DNA from: Trichoplax adhaerens
Taxonomy: Eukaryota > Animalia > Placozoa
Reading direction: 5' to 3'
Length of the DNA stretch: 64,000 nucleotides
Assembly: GCF_000150275.1 (NCBI RefSeq)
Contig: NW_002060948.1
Coordinates: 372,001 to 436,000, forward strand
Shown here: one piece after another, positions 25,890 through 39,200 of the stretch
Layout: every line of letters starts with the position of its first letter
Position numbering within the stretch: position 1 is the first letter of the stretch
Notes under the pieces: generated by a model
Database searches by the model: none
What the model was told of the DNA's origin: nothing
The model's input: only the letters and a program-made list of their open reading frames with translations
Translations under genes and position numbers: made by a program

Positions 25890-27235
25890 CCACGGCAATT
25901 GTTATCTATTATTAGCAACTTTAGTTTTCCTGCATATCATACCGTATCTGAAAAGTACTATACTTTATTCTTTTAAATCTTAAGAGGAAGTTTTCAAATT
26001 TTGATAGTAATCTTAGAAAGCGACCTTTTGCATAACTAGCTTTAGCTGATAAATCAATTATCGTCAATAAGAACTCAATATATAACAATTTGAATTTATA
26101 TGATTAATATCTTGTAATTATCCATTGTTTAATGTTGTCTTCAAACGTTATTTACACATACCGAAAAGTGCTGCTTATACTGTATCAAACTGACGTTGTT
26201 TTAGCTAGTATTTTTCTCAGTTTATGGTGTACTGTATGTTGTTACATTGTTGACTACATATGCTGCACCAACATAATATCGATAATAAGTATACAGCGGA
26301 ATGTTTGTACCGTATGTATGTATGCATACAGTGTAGGCCATCATTACTATATAAATCGCTCTAATGTGCAAGAACCTTCAATATGCGTATACACGTACAC
26401 ATTACTATTAGAGATTTCTAATCTAATTTAATTGTCTATATAATTAAGTAATTATAGAAATTGTACGTTTGAATCACTAGTAAATACTCGTATCTTTTAG
26501 TTGTTTGTGTAAAAATAGCTAATGCCCGATTGTAACAACTTTTCACAAAATTTTTGTCTTCTTTTAGCCTATAATTTTATTAATCTTTCATCGAACAACA
26601 TTAGCGACTATACGATTATGAGTACACAAGCCATTGTCGTCGTTATTTTGGGTGTGACTAAATAATGTTAACTCTGTTGTGGAATTTGAAAACTGATAAC
26701 ATTAATCATACTGCGACTCATTTGCATCAAATAAATTCTGGTAATAACACCGATCACATGAAGATTTTAAAGTCTCGCAGTATAGAAAAGTGATTTCAAA
26801 CTCCAATAAACTCTGTAATTAAAATTTTTCCAGTATGAGAATAATGCCTTTGCATCTAATAAGAACAATCTTGATGTTAGTCCGTTCTTTATAAAATACA
26901 AATGTTGTAAAAAGTATATATAGATATGAACGTAAATTGAAAACGCTAAGCAGCCAATAATTAATTGATAGAGGCAAATGTTTTAATAGTAAATAGATAA
27001 TAATCTGTACGGTTAACTGCCATCTTATTATACACTGATAGTATCTCAGACATTTAAATAGCTTCTTTTGCTTTTGCCGTAAAGAAATAGATTGAACACA
27101 TAAGTCTCAATTGTAATGAATGCTATAACTTAGCCAACTTATGCAAACTTAGTACTCTCCGGTAAGATTTGCATAATAATATCTTACGTTTGATTAGAAA
27201 CGTGACGATGGTACAAAATGAATTCATTAGCTTTC

Positions 27236-30200
27236 TTACGCTAGTTGCAATTTATTCTTTAGAATTTCTAATAATGCATCGGAGTAATTATCAAGTAGAG
27301 TGTAGGTCTTGTCAAGATTTACACTAGTATCCTTCGCAATGTCCTCTTGCATTGATAAAATTCTTGAAGATTCGCCTACAACACTACTGTTCGCTTCTCC
27401 ACCGCCGGCTAACTGTCTAAGACGCTGCCTTCTTTGTCCTTCCATTATAGCTAGCTGTTCTTGCATTCGAGTAAAATGTGATACTAGCCCAGATAACATT
27501 TGACTATTCCTTTCAGTTGGTTGACAATCTAACAGCTATGTTTAAAAACATTACGTTACCGTAGAAAATAAATTGACAAACATTATAGTAACATAACATA
27601 GTATAAGAAATTAAGAATACTCACCGACGAATGCAAGTCGGCAGCAGCTTTAAACGATCTTTGAAGATTTTCAATAGTATCTCTATAATCTATAGCTATC
27701 AGAGAAATTAAAAATTAAGTGCTAAATCATATAACGTAAGGAGACCATTAAAGGATAATGTAGCGTAGATCACATTAATATAATAAACATGGTCCCAGTT
27801 TCATAGTAGTAATATACACATGTGCATATAATGTATTGTTAACACTCTACAACATACGTTGCATATGCAAATCATGTTCAAACACAAAGATAAACAATTT
27901 ATACTCAATAGAGTATAAATCATCCATAAATTTAAACCCACTCCGAACAAATATTTGTCAATAATCTAGGCTAATGTTTCATAAAGTACTTCATCTACAG
28001 AACGGGTTTTACCTCCAATTTCAGTTCGTGGTGATGCAATTGCAAGTGAAGTAATTGATTTTTCAGGTGATGGCTTTTGATAGTTATGACTATTTGACCA
28101 AGTTTCGTTTTTATCAATTGGACCATCTGTTCTATTCGTAGTCGATTCATAACGCAATTGTCGGTTAACCTTCATTAGTGGCGATGAATTATCAACATCA
28201 GCCTTAAAATTACTTATTTGCGAACTCGACCGTTGCTCATCGACATTGTGGCCAGCTGATGATAATGCCTCACATAAGGATTCATCTGCGATATCATTAT
28301 CATCTACAACTATTTCCGATTCATGCATTGCTATACTATTATTTCCTTCCTTTAGGTCATTTTCCTCATCTACGTGTTGGCTAAGGTCTTTACTCTCTTG
28401 CAACTGATCATTCATATCTGTAGAAGCAGCTTCACCTTCCTCATCCTGGCATTTATTTAAAATATCAATTGTAGTAGGACTTTTTAAATCACTACTCAAT
28501 CCTTCATCTTGGATCTTTTCTGAATTCTTATTAACAGTATTTTCAACATCTTGGTTACGAGCAGCAAGTTCTGGGTTAGATAATGTCTTTAATAACGGTG
28601 CTTTTGAAGATAACGGCTGCTTCTCAAGGTTTTCTTCAATCTATGAACACACATACGCATTATTTAGCATTTAGACAAAATGAAAATTGTCGGAATGTGT
28701 GAGATGGAATTTTACCTGTTCCTGTGGAGCCGATAACTTACGGCTTCCTAAAGTAGCAAAACCCAACTGATATGATATAACATAAAAAAATGTGTTCTTA
28801 ATATCCAGTAAATTACTTTACAATGACAACATCCTTTCATACAATCGATGCACGCAGATCAGTAAAGTCAAAATCTAATATCTACATACTTCTATTAAAC
28901 GTTTACGTGTTCTATCAACCGCCTTAGCCATTTCCTCCTTTCGCTTCTGTAATAACTAAAAATAATAATTTGAATACATCATAACAATGACCGCATTAAT
29001 TATGAAATCATTCATCTGCCTTAATAGTTAATTACTTCGTCAAAATTTCGTGACACAGCATCTTCCGTACGAGCAGCGTCATTTGTGGCTTTCTTTCTGT
29101 CTGATACATTTCTATATCAATTATTAAACAGATATTGTAATTTCACTTTTAAACTGGTTACACAAACGGTTCTTAGGAATTACCAGTCAAACTTACTTGG
29201 CAATCGTAGTATGCTGAGATCTGGACAGAAAACGAGCTGAAATGCTCGACCGATGTAGCACATCCTGAGTTTTTGAAACCGCTGATGTGGCATCCATTAT
29301 TTCGCCTTTAGACTTTACCGTTGCTTGTTCGTATGTACTTGCCTCTAGACTCTCATAATTTTTATAAAGAAAATCCTTGGCGTTATTCTTGGTTTCATTT
29401 TCGTTACCTTCAACAGCAGCAATTTCTTCTTGCTTTTCTATATCTGCACTATTTATTTCTTCATTTTCACCATTATCATCACTTGGGTCTTTTATAAGCA
29501 GGGAAGAATAAGAATGAATTAATATCAAACTGGAAGAATTTCATATCACTCATTGTAATAGAATCAATAACTTACCGCCACTGCCAGATTTTTCCTTAAT
29601 ATTTTCATCGGAATCCTAGTAAGGAAACCAATATATAATGTTTCTGCGTAAGACACTAAAAACTAAGATGTCATTTGATCAAGCATCCAATCTTAGCTGT
29701 ACAACATACCCCTGAAGGCTTTACTGGAGCTTTAACTTGGAAAGAACTAAATTAATAGAGAAAAGAATTTTAATTATAATATAGATCTGCCAGTGCACTT
29801 GTAGAGCTTTAAAATATGTTTACAAAGTGACTTTTTTAAGTTGCATACCTAGCATCGCAGCTGGCGCGGCTGTTGAAAAAGTAACACATCGTTTAATACA
29901 GATTAAGATAAGAATTAAGAACAAGTCAAAACTACTTACTATGCCTTTTTTATTTCTCCTGTACTATTACTCTTTATTAATGAGGAATATGCCGTTTGTT
30001 TTCCTAACAAATTGATATCATCTACAGGTTTATCAGTCGTAGTTTTGGTTTGGTCGTCTCGCCAATTATTACGTCTCAGCTTGACCTTTGATATTAAATC
30101 CTTTCAAATACCGATTTCTTCCGATTAGCTACTAAAGCAACATAGCTTCACACAAAATATTACCTTATTATCACTTGTTTCAGCCACCAGATTTGAAGGT

Positions 30201-33200
30201 TCAGCTGTATTTTCAACTTTGGGGGTAAATGCACCTTCAGAGTTAGCATTCCTACCCTAATAATCAAGAAAGGCAATAGGGATATTACAAATCAAGAATT
30301 CACTAAAAGTAGGCTACATAGATTAGTACATTTTGACTGATAATGCTCGTATTGCAATCTTCAGATTCAAAGGTTAGGCGGCGATCATCTATAGAATTAA
30401 GATAATATTAAAAACTGAGTTCTACGAATCAACAAAAAAATTCTTAGATCATATGCTTTGCTTACCATTTTCTAATGCAACCGTAATATGTTCTCCCTGA
30501 CTGTCATCCAATACCGACAATAAATTAATGCCACCAGCGTCTACACGCTGTAAATTAATAATGATGATGCATCACTTGAAGTCAGAATCAATTACAATAG
30601 AAATAAGCACCTACATACGCCTAGACCTCTAGCATACCTGAGCCCATCTACCCTGTGGTTGAGCCGGCTCATTAGATGTCCCCGTATTCGAAGCTTCAGT
30701 ATCATCTACTTCAGTCTAAAATCGAACCGTAATTATGGATCAATACAATGTTTTAAAATCTACAGGCACCCACATTAATCTCTAGCATACCTGAGCCCAT
30801 TTACCCTGCGGTTGTGCCGCTTCATTAGATGTTCCTGTATTCGAAGTTTCTGGTTCATCTACTTCCATCTAAAATCGAACAGTAATTATACATCAATACA
30901 ATAAATTATGAAACACTTGCAACGCGATGATCAATATAAAGTGTTAAATAGCTATAATCAATTAGTAAAACCGAAACAGCTCAATACAGTAATAAAAAAG
31001 TGTCATAATAGCATTATTGATAATCCTAAGTAATATGCGATTATGCGGTATAAAATCAAGTTAAAAAAAGATCAATACTTGTCTCTTTGCCCATGCAGGT
31101 AGCTGACCAAAACTATATCGATAATTTTTTTTATAGGTCTTGCTGTAGTTCACTATTAAAATGATAAAAAATTCTTGATTAATAAGTACTTCTACATTTT
31201 CGTAGTAAAGATATAAAATGAAGTCAAATATACCAGTTGCACTACCTTCACTGCCCCGCTCAAGATCTTCTTCTTCCTCTTCTTCTTCCTCTTCCTCACC
31301 TTTGTATTCCTTATGACTTTGACGTTGCGATACAGTATAAGTCCCTCGCCTTATTGTGCCCAATAAAACACATTTTTACGATCACAGTTTGTAATCAAAT
31401 TTTATACCATACATGTAAAAACTAACCGTAAATCTTCGGCTACTGCCGCATCCTTGACATCACTTTTACCTAGTAACTTTTCTTGAATAGTCTAAAATTG
31501 TTTCGAGATGTAAGACATGAAATACTAAGCTGCATTTATTCCGTGATATCCGTTTTCATCTTACCTGAGTTACAAAAGAGGGTAATTTCCAAACAAAGAT
31601 GCAACTATATTCGCATATAATGAGACAAAAATTATCAGTCATTGCTGAAAATAAAGACGAATGGATAAATTATACATAGTTTAACTAATCACTAACCTAT
31701 CACCGGAAACAGTGATTAATCTTTCACCATCATTGGTAAAAGCAATGCCAGTAATAATTTCTGTATGAAAAAATACTGAGATCAGTTCAACTTGTTTAAT
31801 GTTAGACAATATGTTAGTACAGTTTAAAATAGTTATGTCAACAATAATTATAATTACGCACCGGCATGTCCACTCATTTGGGCGATACAATCGCCAGAAT
31901 AAAATTCATGGATACTAACAAATTTATCAGAGCTACTTGTGGCAACGTAACTACCGCTTGGATCTAAGGCAACCTAGAACATATGGAAATAAAGGTATTT
32001 ATTAAATTATGTATATACTGTAGCTTCTCAGAAAAAAATCGTAATTACCTTTATCAAGGTACCATCGTCAGTAACTGATCCTTTATAGCTTTTTTTCAAT
32101 TTACCAGTTTTAATATTATAAATCCTATCAATCATATACTTTTAGTGATAAGTATACACATGTAGTCCATGTAGCAAAATAATAATTATAATAACATTAT
32201 TTAGATCAATACCTGACATTTCGATCCTGACAAGCGGTAACTGCGAATTTTCTAAATTGAATTGAGATGACCATGTATTACATAAAAGTTCACACTACAA
32301 TTATCTATATCTATTACGTACCGTCTACAATCAATATCCATATCATATAGCGTGGTCTTGCTAACAACTATATTTGACCGAATAAATTGAAATTCCGGTT
32401 CCTAAGAATATGGAAAAGTAAAAAAATTAACAACTATAACATGTGATTGGAGTCTTTGCCATTATATAATTACAAATGTAAATATTGTTGCGGAACCTCT
32501 TGCGCAGTACGAAACAGAATTGATTTATCGGTGCCACAACTCAATAAGTGTAAATTGTCTTTTACGACTACAAAGTATTTGAAAAAATTTTAGTAATAGA
32601 TCACACGATTATATGATATGCAACACATCAGAGAAATACTTTAAATCTTATAAACATTATTACTTTACCAGCAAAATGAACAGAAGTAATAGAGCCAGAA
32701 TGATCATCAATTGTTTGTACTAGATTACAGCTTTTACCATCGAAATGAAAAACATGAATCAACCGATCTCGACTTGCAGAGGCTAATAAATCGTGACCTA
32801 GCCAGATACATATAATTCAGAATAAGTTAAAGTAGCACTTAGCATATCCTTGAAAAGTATAAAGGAAGAAATTGTCCATACCAGAATCGACATCTAAAAA
32901 TGATACGCATAAAACTTCTGCGTCATGGGCTTCAACTTTAACCAACTCATCCATAAACTGTAAATCATGTATCCTTTGACAGGCAATATAGAATCACGAT
33001 AAGCTTTGGCAATACAAAAAAGGTAACTGATATGCAATTTATATTACCTAATGAACCCAGATCTATCACCGGAGGCAAGATATTGGCCGTTATTGTTAAT
33101 ATTCATACATCTAACTCCAATACTTTTTTGATGCTCAACAGAAGGACTAGCAGGTGTATTACTTGAGCCCACTAATTGTAATGTTGCTCTGTTAGCGTGG

Positions 33201-36200
33201 TATTTATAAAGTTGAAAGTGCTATTTAAATAAATGAATATTACCTGTCACTGTTTCTACAAGGTTAGTAAATTCCTTATCTGTGTATAAAACCCGAAATA
33301 ACTCCTACAGTAATAAACCACAGCGAGATTAATTTAAATATTAAAATATGACATGAGTAGGGAAAAATATAATATTAAAAGCATACATCACTAAAAATAT
33401 TTTTCCTGAAGCGTAAAGTGTCCTGACAGGCATCTAAAAAACGGAGGCATCATATCATTTTTATGAATAAAATATTTCAGTTAATGAAATTAAATGGATC
33501 GACCGGAAGACAATACCTAAATCAAGGTTCCAAAATCGGATCGTGTCATCAGATGAACAGGTAACAAATGATCCTACAGGTAAATGTGCTCTCTCAACAT
33601 TTGCAACACGATATACCTAGATGCGAATAATAAAAATGTGATATAAATACACAAATACGAAAGCTAACTTATAATAATAATATTCTTGCACCATTTCTAT
33701 TACCTTAACGTCCCAAACACAACCAGCATGAAATAAAAATGATCGAGATTTATCAATCTTTTGTAGATCTCTTAAATTCCATATGTATAGGCTATGGTCA
33801 TTATATGTACAAGTTACCTAACAGAAATCAATAAACATCATAACGTTAAGGTATAAAGGTAAATATTATAACAGTTATCAGTTGTAGTTAGAAAATTTAC
33901 GTTAAATTACATAAAAATGAATCAAAGTATATTTTTGATAATAAAACTATCCTAACCAATTTATTTATAGAATCATAGACCATAGCTACGACGTCTGGAT
34001 ATTTAATATCGGGGTCAGCTTTATATACCATAGCACTATGAAAATTTTGGAAATATGGCGTAAGAAATTTTTATAAAATTGAATAAAATTGTCAGCAAAT
34101 ACAATACCTAGGATCTACGCTGTTGGCTAGATCTATTCCTAAACGATGCGGTTTAGGTAAGCTTGTAACAAAGCCTAAGGTACTACAGTTGAAAATTCTA
34201 CGATACAATGGAGAGACCGTAAGATACACGTCATTAAAAATGATCAAAAATTTTTTTCATAAAACTGAAAAAGTATCGCAAGTGAAGTTTACCTAACGAT
34301 ACCGGATGAGCAACCACAATAAATATAATTTTCATCGACAACAACAGAGCTAGCAGATGATGCCTAAATAAGAATGGTTATGTGCAACGCTATTAATGGT
34401 AAAAGCTGATAAAAAGTAACCCATGCACCATCTGTGTAGTCTACATAGCATATCTAAACCATCATAACACTGCCTAGTTACAGAATAAATTAGATATAAT
34501 ATTACAAACCTTTAATTCAACCCATTTCTCTAACATTCGCTTACTGTTAAAACAGCAGAGTAGACCACTCTTTGTGATACAATAAGTAGAACTAGCATTA
34601 TCGCCAATACCACAGGCAACATCACAAAACATGTTGCTCCTCAATTCTCCTAATAATCCCGATCGACCAATTAATGGTTGTCTATCTCCAACCTATAAAT
34701 TATTAAGAATTAGGCAAGATTAGCTACTTTTTGAATAAACAGAAATATCATATGTTAGTACAATTTACTAGTATGATACCTTGCTCGAATTTTTGGCAAA
34801 ATACCAAAATCTAACATGACGTAGACCAGCAGTAACAAAGTAGCTACCATCTTCTGCAAATGATAAGGACTGAGCCTGCAATTTTATAAATGAGTCAAAA
34901 GTGTTACAGTTGATTCCCGTAACAAGCCTTAATGAAGATTATTAAGACAATATCTACGAAATTGATCTCGTGTCTTACTCTGTAAAATTAAATTATCGCC
35001 AACATTACCTGGACAGAAATCTTATTACATGCCACAATTTGCCCAGTCTAACGGTAAAGAAAAAAGCCATTACTAAATAATTAATTAACTAGCGCAATAC
35101 CTTTTCTTTATTAACTAGAATGCGCGTATAAATAAGATCTAATGAAGAAAAAGCTACCTTTAAACTCCAGACATTAACACTCATATCATGTTGATCTCCA
35201 ACTGATATTACTAGTTTGTTGTTAGGAGAAAAAGCCTATAATCATCAACAATGAGAATTATTATTTATACGCGAACATAATGATTAAAATTTTTCTATTT
35301 CCTGACAAACGTGATAATTACATACACCTGGACATAATGACGTATATTGGAGCAATATAGGATCATTTTTAGTGACACTAGTAATAAAATGTACTATATT
35401 TTTCATCCGTACATGTTGAAAGTAAATATATGCGTGTATTACATAATGATTTGAGGGGATTCTAGCTAAAAGACAGTATCAGAATTGCTCGTCGATATAG
35501 ACTGGAGTAAATTAATTGAAACGCTATATAACCATTTCCAGGGATTACAATTTAAAGTTACTACCACTTATCATTCAAGTTAAAGAATGTTGTTGCATTG
35601 GTATAATTATATTCAAGGATGATAGTCGAAAAACAACACTACTATGTTTCACCTATGTAACTATAATACAATCATAGGTTTCGTGAGAACTGTATGTCAA
35701 TGGCTTAAATTGTAATTACAGGTGTATGTGCAGTTAGTGCCGTTTGTCAGCAATGAAGCAATTATACAGTATACGCGTATAGCACTGTATTATCCACAAC
35801 TCCACAGTACTGTATATAGCACACGTACTGCGATAACTTATTATCTTCATAGTATCGTAATTAAACTATAGCTATAACGCGCAGTACTGGAAATATGCAA
35901 ACCGCCAGTAAGATAGTGGGCAATAAGCTACAGTAGTAGAAGTAATATTAAAAGCTCAGTGTCCGTCAATGCACTAATTTGTACTACAAATACGATATTA
36001 ATATACTGTTTCCAAATAGAGATTAGAAAATATTAAGGCATTACGTAGTATTAGCCATCGTATGCTGTACACATAGCTATTATTATCTTACAATAAATTA
36101 CTTACCACACAGGCAACGCTAAATTTATGACCCAGGTATTCAGCTGCTTGGTTATTATTATCAGATAAATCCCATACCCTAACAGCCGGTAAATGCCCAC

Positions 36201-39200
36201 TCTATCCATTATATAGAACAAAATATTGAACGAATATTAACTAAATACGCATAAATGCACATTGATTATAATTATTTATCAATGATACTTAATGCTCTCT
36301 AGATTTCAATAGACTGCTTAGTATTTGAGCAGAATTAAATTATGGTAATGAGAGAAAATTAAATAAAGTAATACGGCAACAATAATATGTTAGGTTTATA
36401 ATGCTGTATGAATATCGATTATGATCTAATAGCTATGCGCATATTTTGTGGAAGTATTTTTAATAATTGCCTATTACTATAAATATTTCTGAATTTTTAA
36501 TACAAGATAATCAAATAAGCTATGTTGACAATATTATAATTTGCATTCTTTCTACTAACCTCGCCACTAACAATGTATCTGCCATCTTCTGAGAAAGCAA
36601 CGCACTTTAGACATTTCCTATTCAAGTCAATATGTATTAAGTAAATATACAGTATGTTCGATATTGACATTAAGTACACATTGGAGACAAAAAATAGTCA
36701 TCATTATTCACTACAATTATCCTTGCTAGACATAATACAAAAAACTACATTTAAATGAACGAATTCTCATTGATTTGATGGTTTTTACAATTATATTTAA
36801 AAATTTTACTATTTGCAAAATTTAAGTTTACGAGTTTATAGCTATAACGATGAAACAAAAGTTGATTTATTTTGACTATGTAAACCTAGTAGGCAACAGA
36901 AAATTTGCTCTTATTTAATATGATTTTTTTACGCGTTATCCTAGTTTATACAACCTAGAACAGAATTTTTGAGTCTTAAGAATTTAAATCTACGAACTAG
37001 ACATCAAAGCATTGTAAAGCTATTTTTACTATTATTCGAGAGAGTCTAATAATTGGCTGATACAAATAGAGAGCTTGATCTATTTATGATAACTGCTACT
37101 GATTTCTATGATGTAAAATAGGTATTTTGCAGTTACAAGAAATAACCGTACAAACTCGTAAATCTAAACGGCATAAAGTCATCCGCTTAGTCTCTCCGAA
37201 CATCTTTACCATTCATGAACGTAAACAAATTCTACCGTTGCAAAAGTAAGTTTACAAATTTGTCGATTTAAACACTGCCAGACTATTTTTCTATTATCAC
37301 TTAAAGAGAATATAGTACAGTAGCTGATTGACAAAAATAGAAAGCTTAATCTATTTAACATATTTCGCTGGTTTATATGATATAGAAGAGAACTGATACT
37401 ATTATGAATTTAAATATAGGAATTCGTAGGTCTAACTATGATACTGTGCATGCAAAATAACTTTCTATTATTAACTGGGTAAGAGCTCATAACTGATTGA
37501 TAGAAATAGAAGGCTCGATCAATTTTAACATCTTCTATATGGAATATTGTAAGGGTAGACTATCAGTCTTAAACCTATCCAAATAAAATAACAGCCAGAA
37601 CTACTACCTATCTCTGCTATAACCTTTCTGGCAGCCTACTTTACGAAATACCTTTAGTGAAGTCATGTAAGTTAAGAAAAATGGGGGCGGGGGGCGGATA
37701 GAAAATGCTACTCCATCATAAATGTACTGTATATCTAACAACTTTGAATACCTTTTGCAGTTAGAGCTGCCATTTATCTCAGCAATACGAGTAAATATCG
37801 ATACTGAAAGCCTTTCGATATACCATTTTTTTTAAATATCATTTGGTAATATTATAAGATTACGAAAAAATAGACAATCAATCGCTTCAGGAAAAATAAC
37901 ATGACACCTTTTTGGACATGCATTTTCAACAATTTTGGGTATCTTTTACTGTTACAGTTATAATTTAATCAGAGTTGGACGTGCAAAAGTCCACAATGTA
38001 TGACAATGTGGAAGTATCATCGGCTCAAATGCTACTAGAAAACCCCGATATCGTACAGTTTGTCTCATAACTCATAAATTTTAGAAATAATTTACTGAAC
38101 AATTTACAGCAGTCTTAGCTTATAAATAGAAAAAACTTACCTCGCTGTATTAAAAATATGACTTTGACGATTTGTTTTAGGATTGTACAGAACAATAACA
38201 CAACTAGATGAGAGAGAAAAAGATCATTAAAATGGATCATTTTGAAGGTATTTTCATAGAATAAGAAAGGCAAGATTGTATCAATATCTAGTAAAGCGAC
38301 TATATTCGCTGGATATTGCCATTGACAACCTGCATTATTGATGATTATAACGTATCAATAAATTAATCTTAAAACAATCAAGAAAGGATACACTGTGTAG
38401 GATTTGGATGAGAATAAGACAACAATTCATCATGAGTAGGCAGGAGGAAGCTTTGTCAGTAATAGGAAATAATTATACTGGATGATTCTATTATTACTGT
38501 ATAATATTGAAGTACTGTTGTAAAACTCGATTTATTAAAGGTGCTGATCGTTATATCAGGTATACAGTAGCAATTGACGGTTTATACTGCTTTTATAATA
38601 ATTCAAACTTTGTATTTTAGAAATCGACGCTTATCAATCAATTTATGGCGGCCATATACTATAATAATTAGTTATTAGCTTATATAAAAATTTACCAGTA
38701 TAATTTACCGACTGCATTTTTAGTGCATATCGCCCCTTTCTTTATGCTTATGAACTTCATATCCTAGATTAATTTAATTGATTGAATTATCACGACTATG
38801 TCCGAACTAACTATTACCGTGACTTGTTGACTAGTCCATCGAGTTTCTAAGTAAAGGGATCAATTTTTTAGTCCCTCATTGTCGTTCTCTGTAAACTCCA
38901 TGTCAGATGTGCAGTGGTCTGCTGTATACTATGCTCAGTTTCTTACTGTAACTGGAGGAGAATTTTTTAGTCAATATGGCCAATTTTTCTAGCTTTGTAA
39001 ACTTTCCATCGGAGGCTAATTAATTTATTTATTTATCATTATTGATCATAGCTACTAATACTAATCTATGGTTTCTGAAAGCGAGCGTTTTTAGGTATTG
39101 CAATTTCTTTGCCACAGTCATGTCTATTAATCACTTTTCCACAATTAATCAATTTAACGATCATCCACAATTAATCAATTTAACGATCATCCTCAATTAA

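Noticed and set aside
31150-31235. Possible U12 donor (ATATCTTT on the minus strand) in MAPKBP1
   Set aside because: A canonical phase-1 GT-AG intron (ACT G|gtatat ... aatag|TG AAC) restores the frame to [11 protein letters not shown], and there is no U12 branch or AC end.
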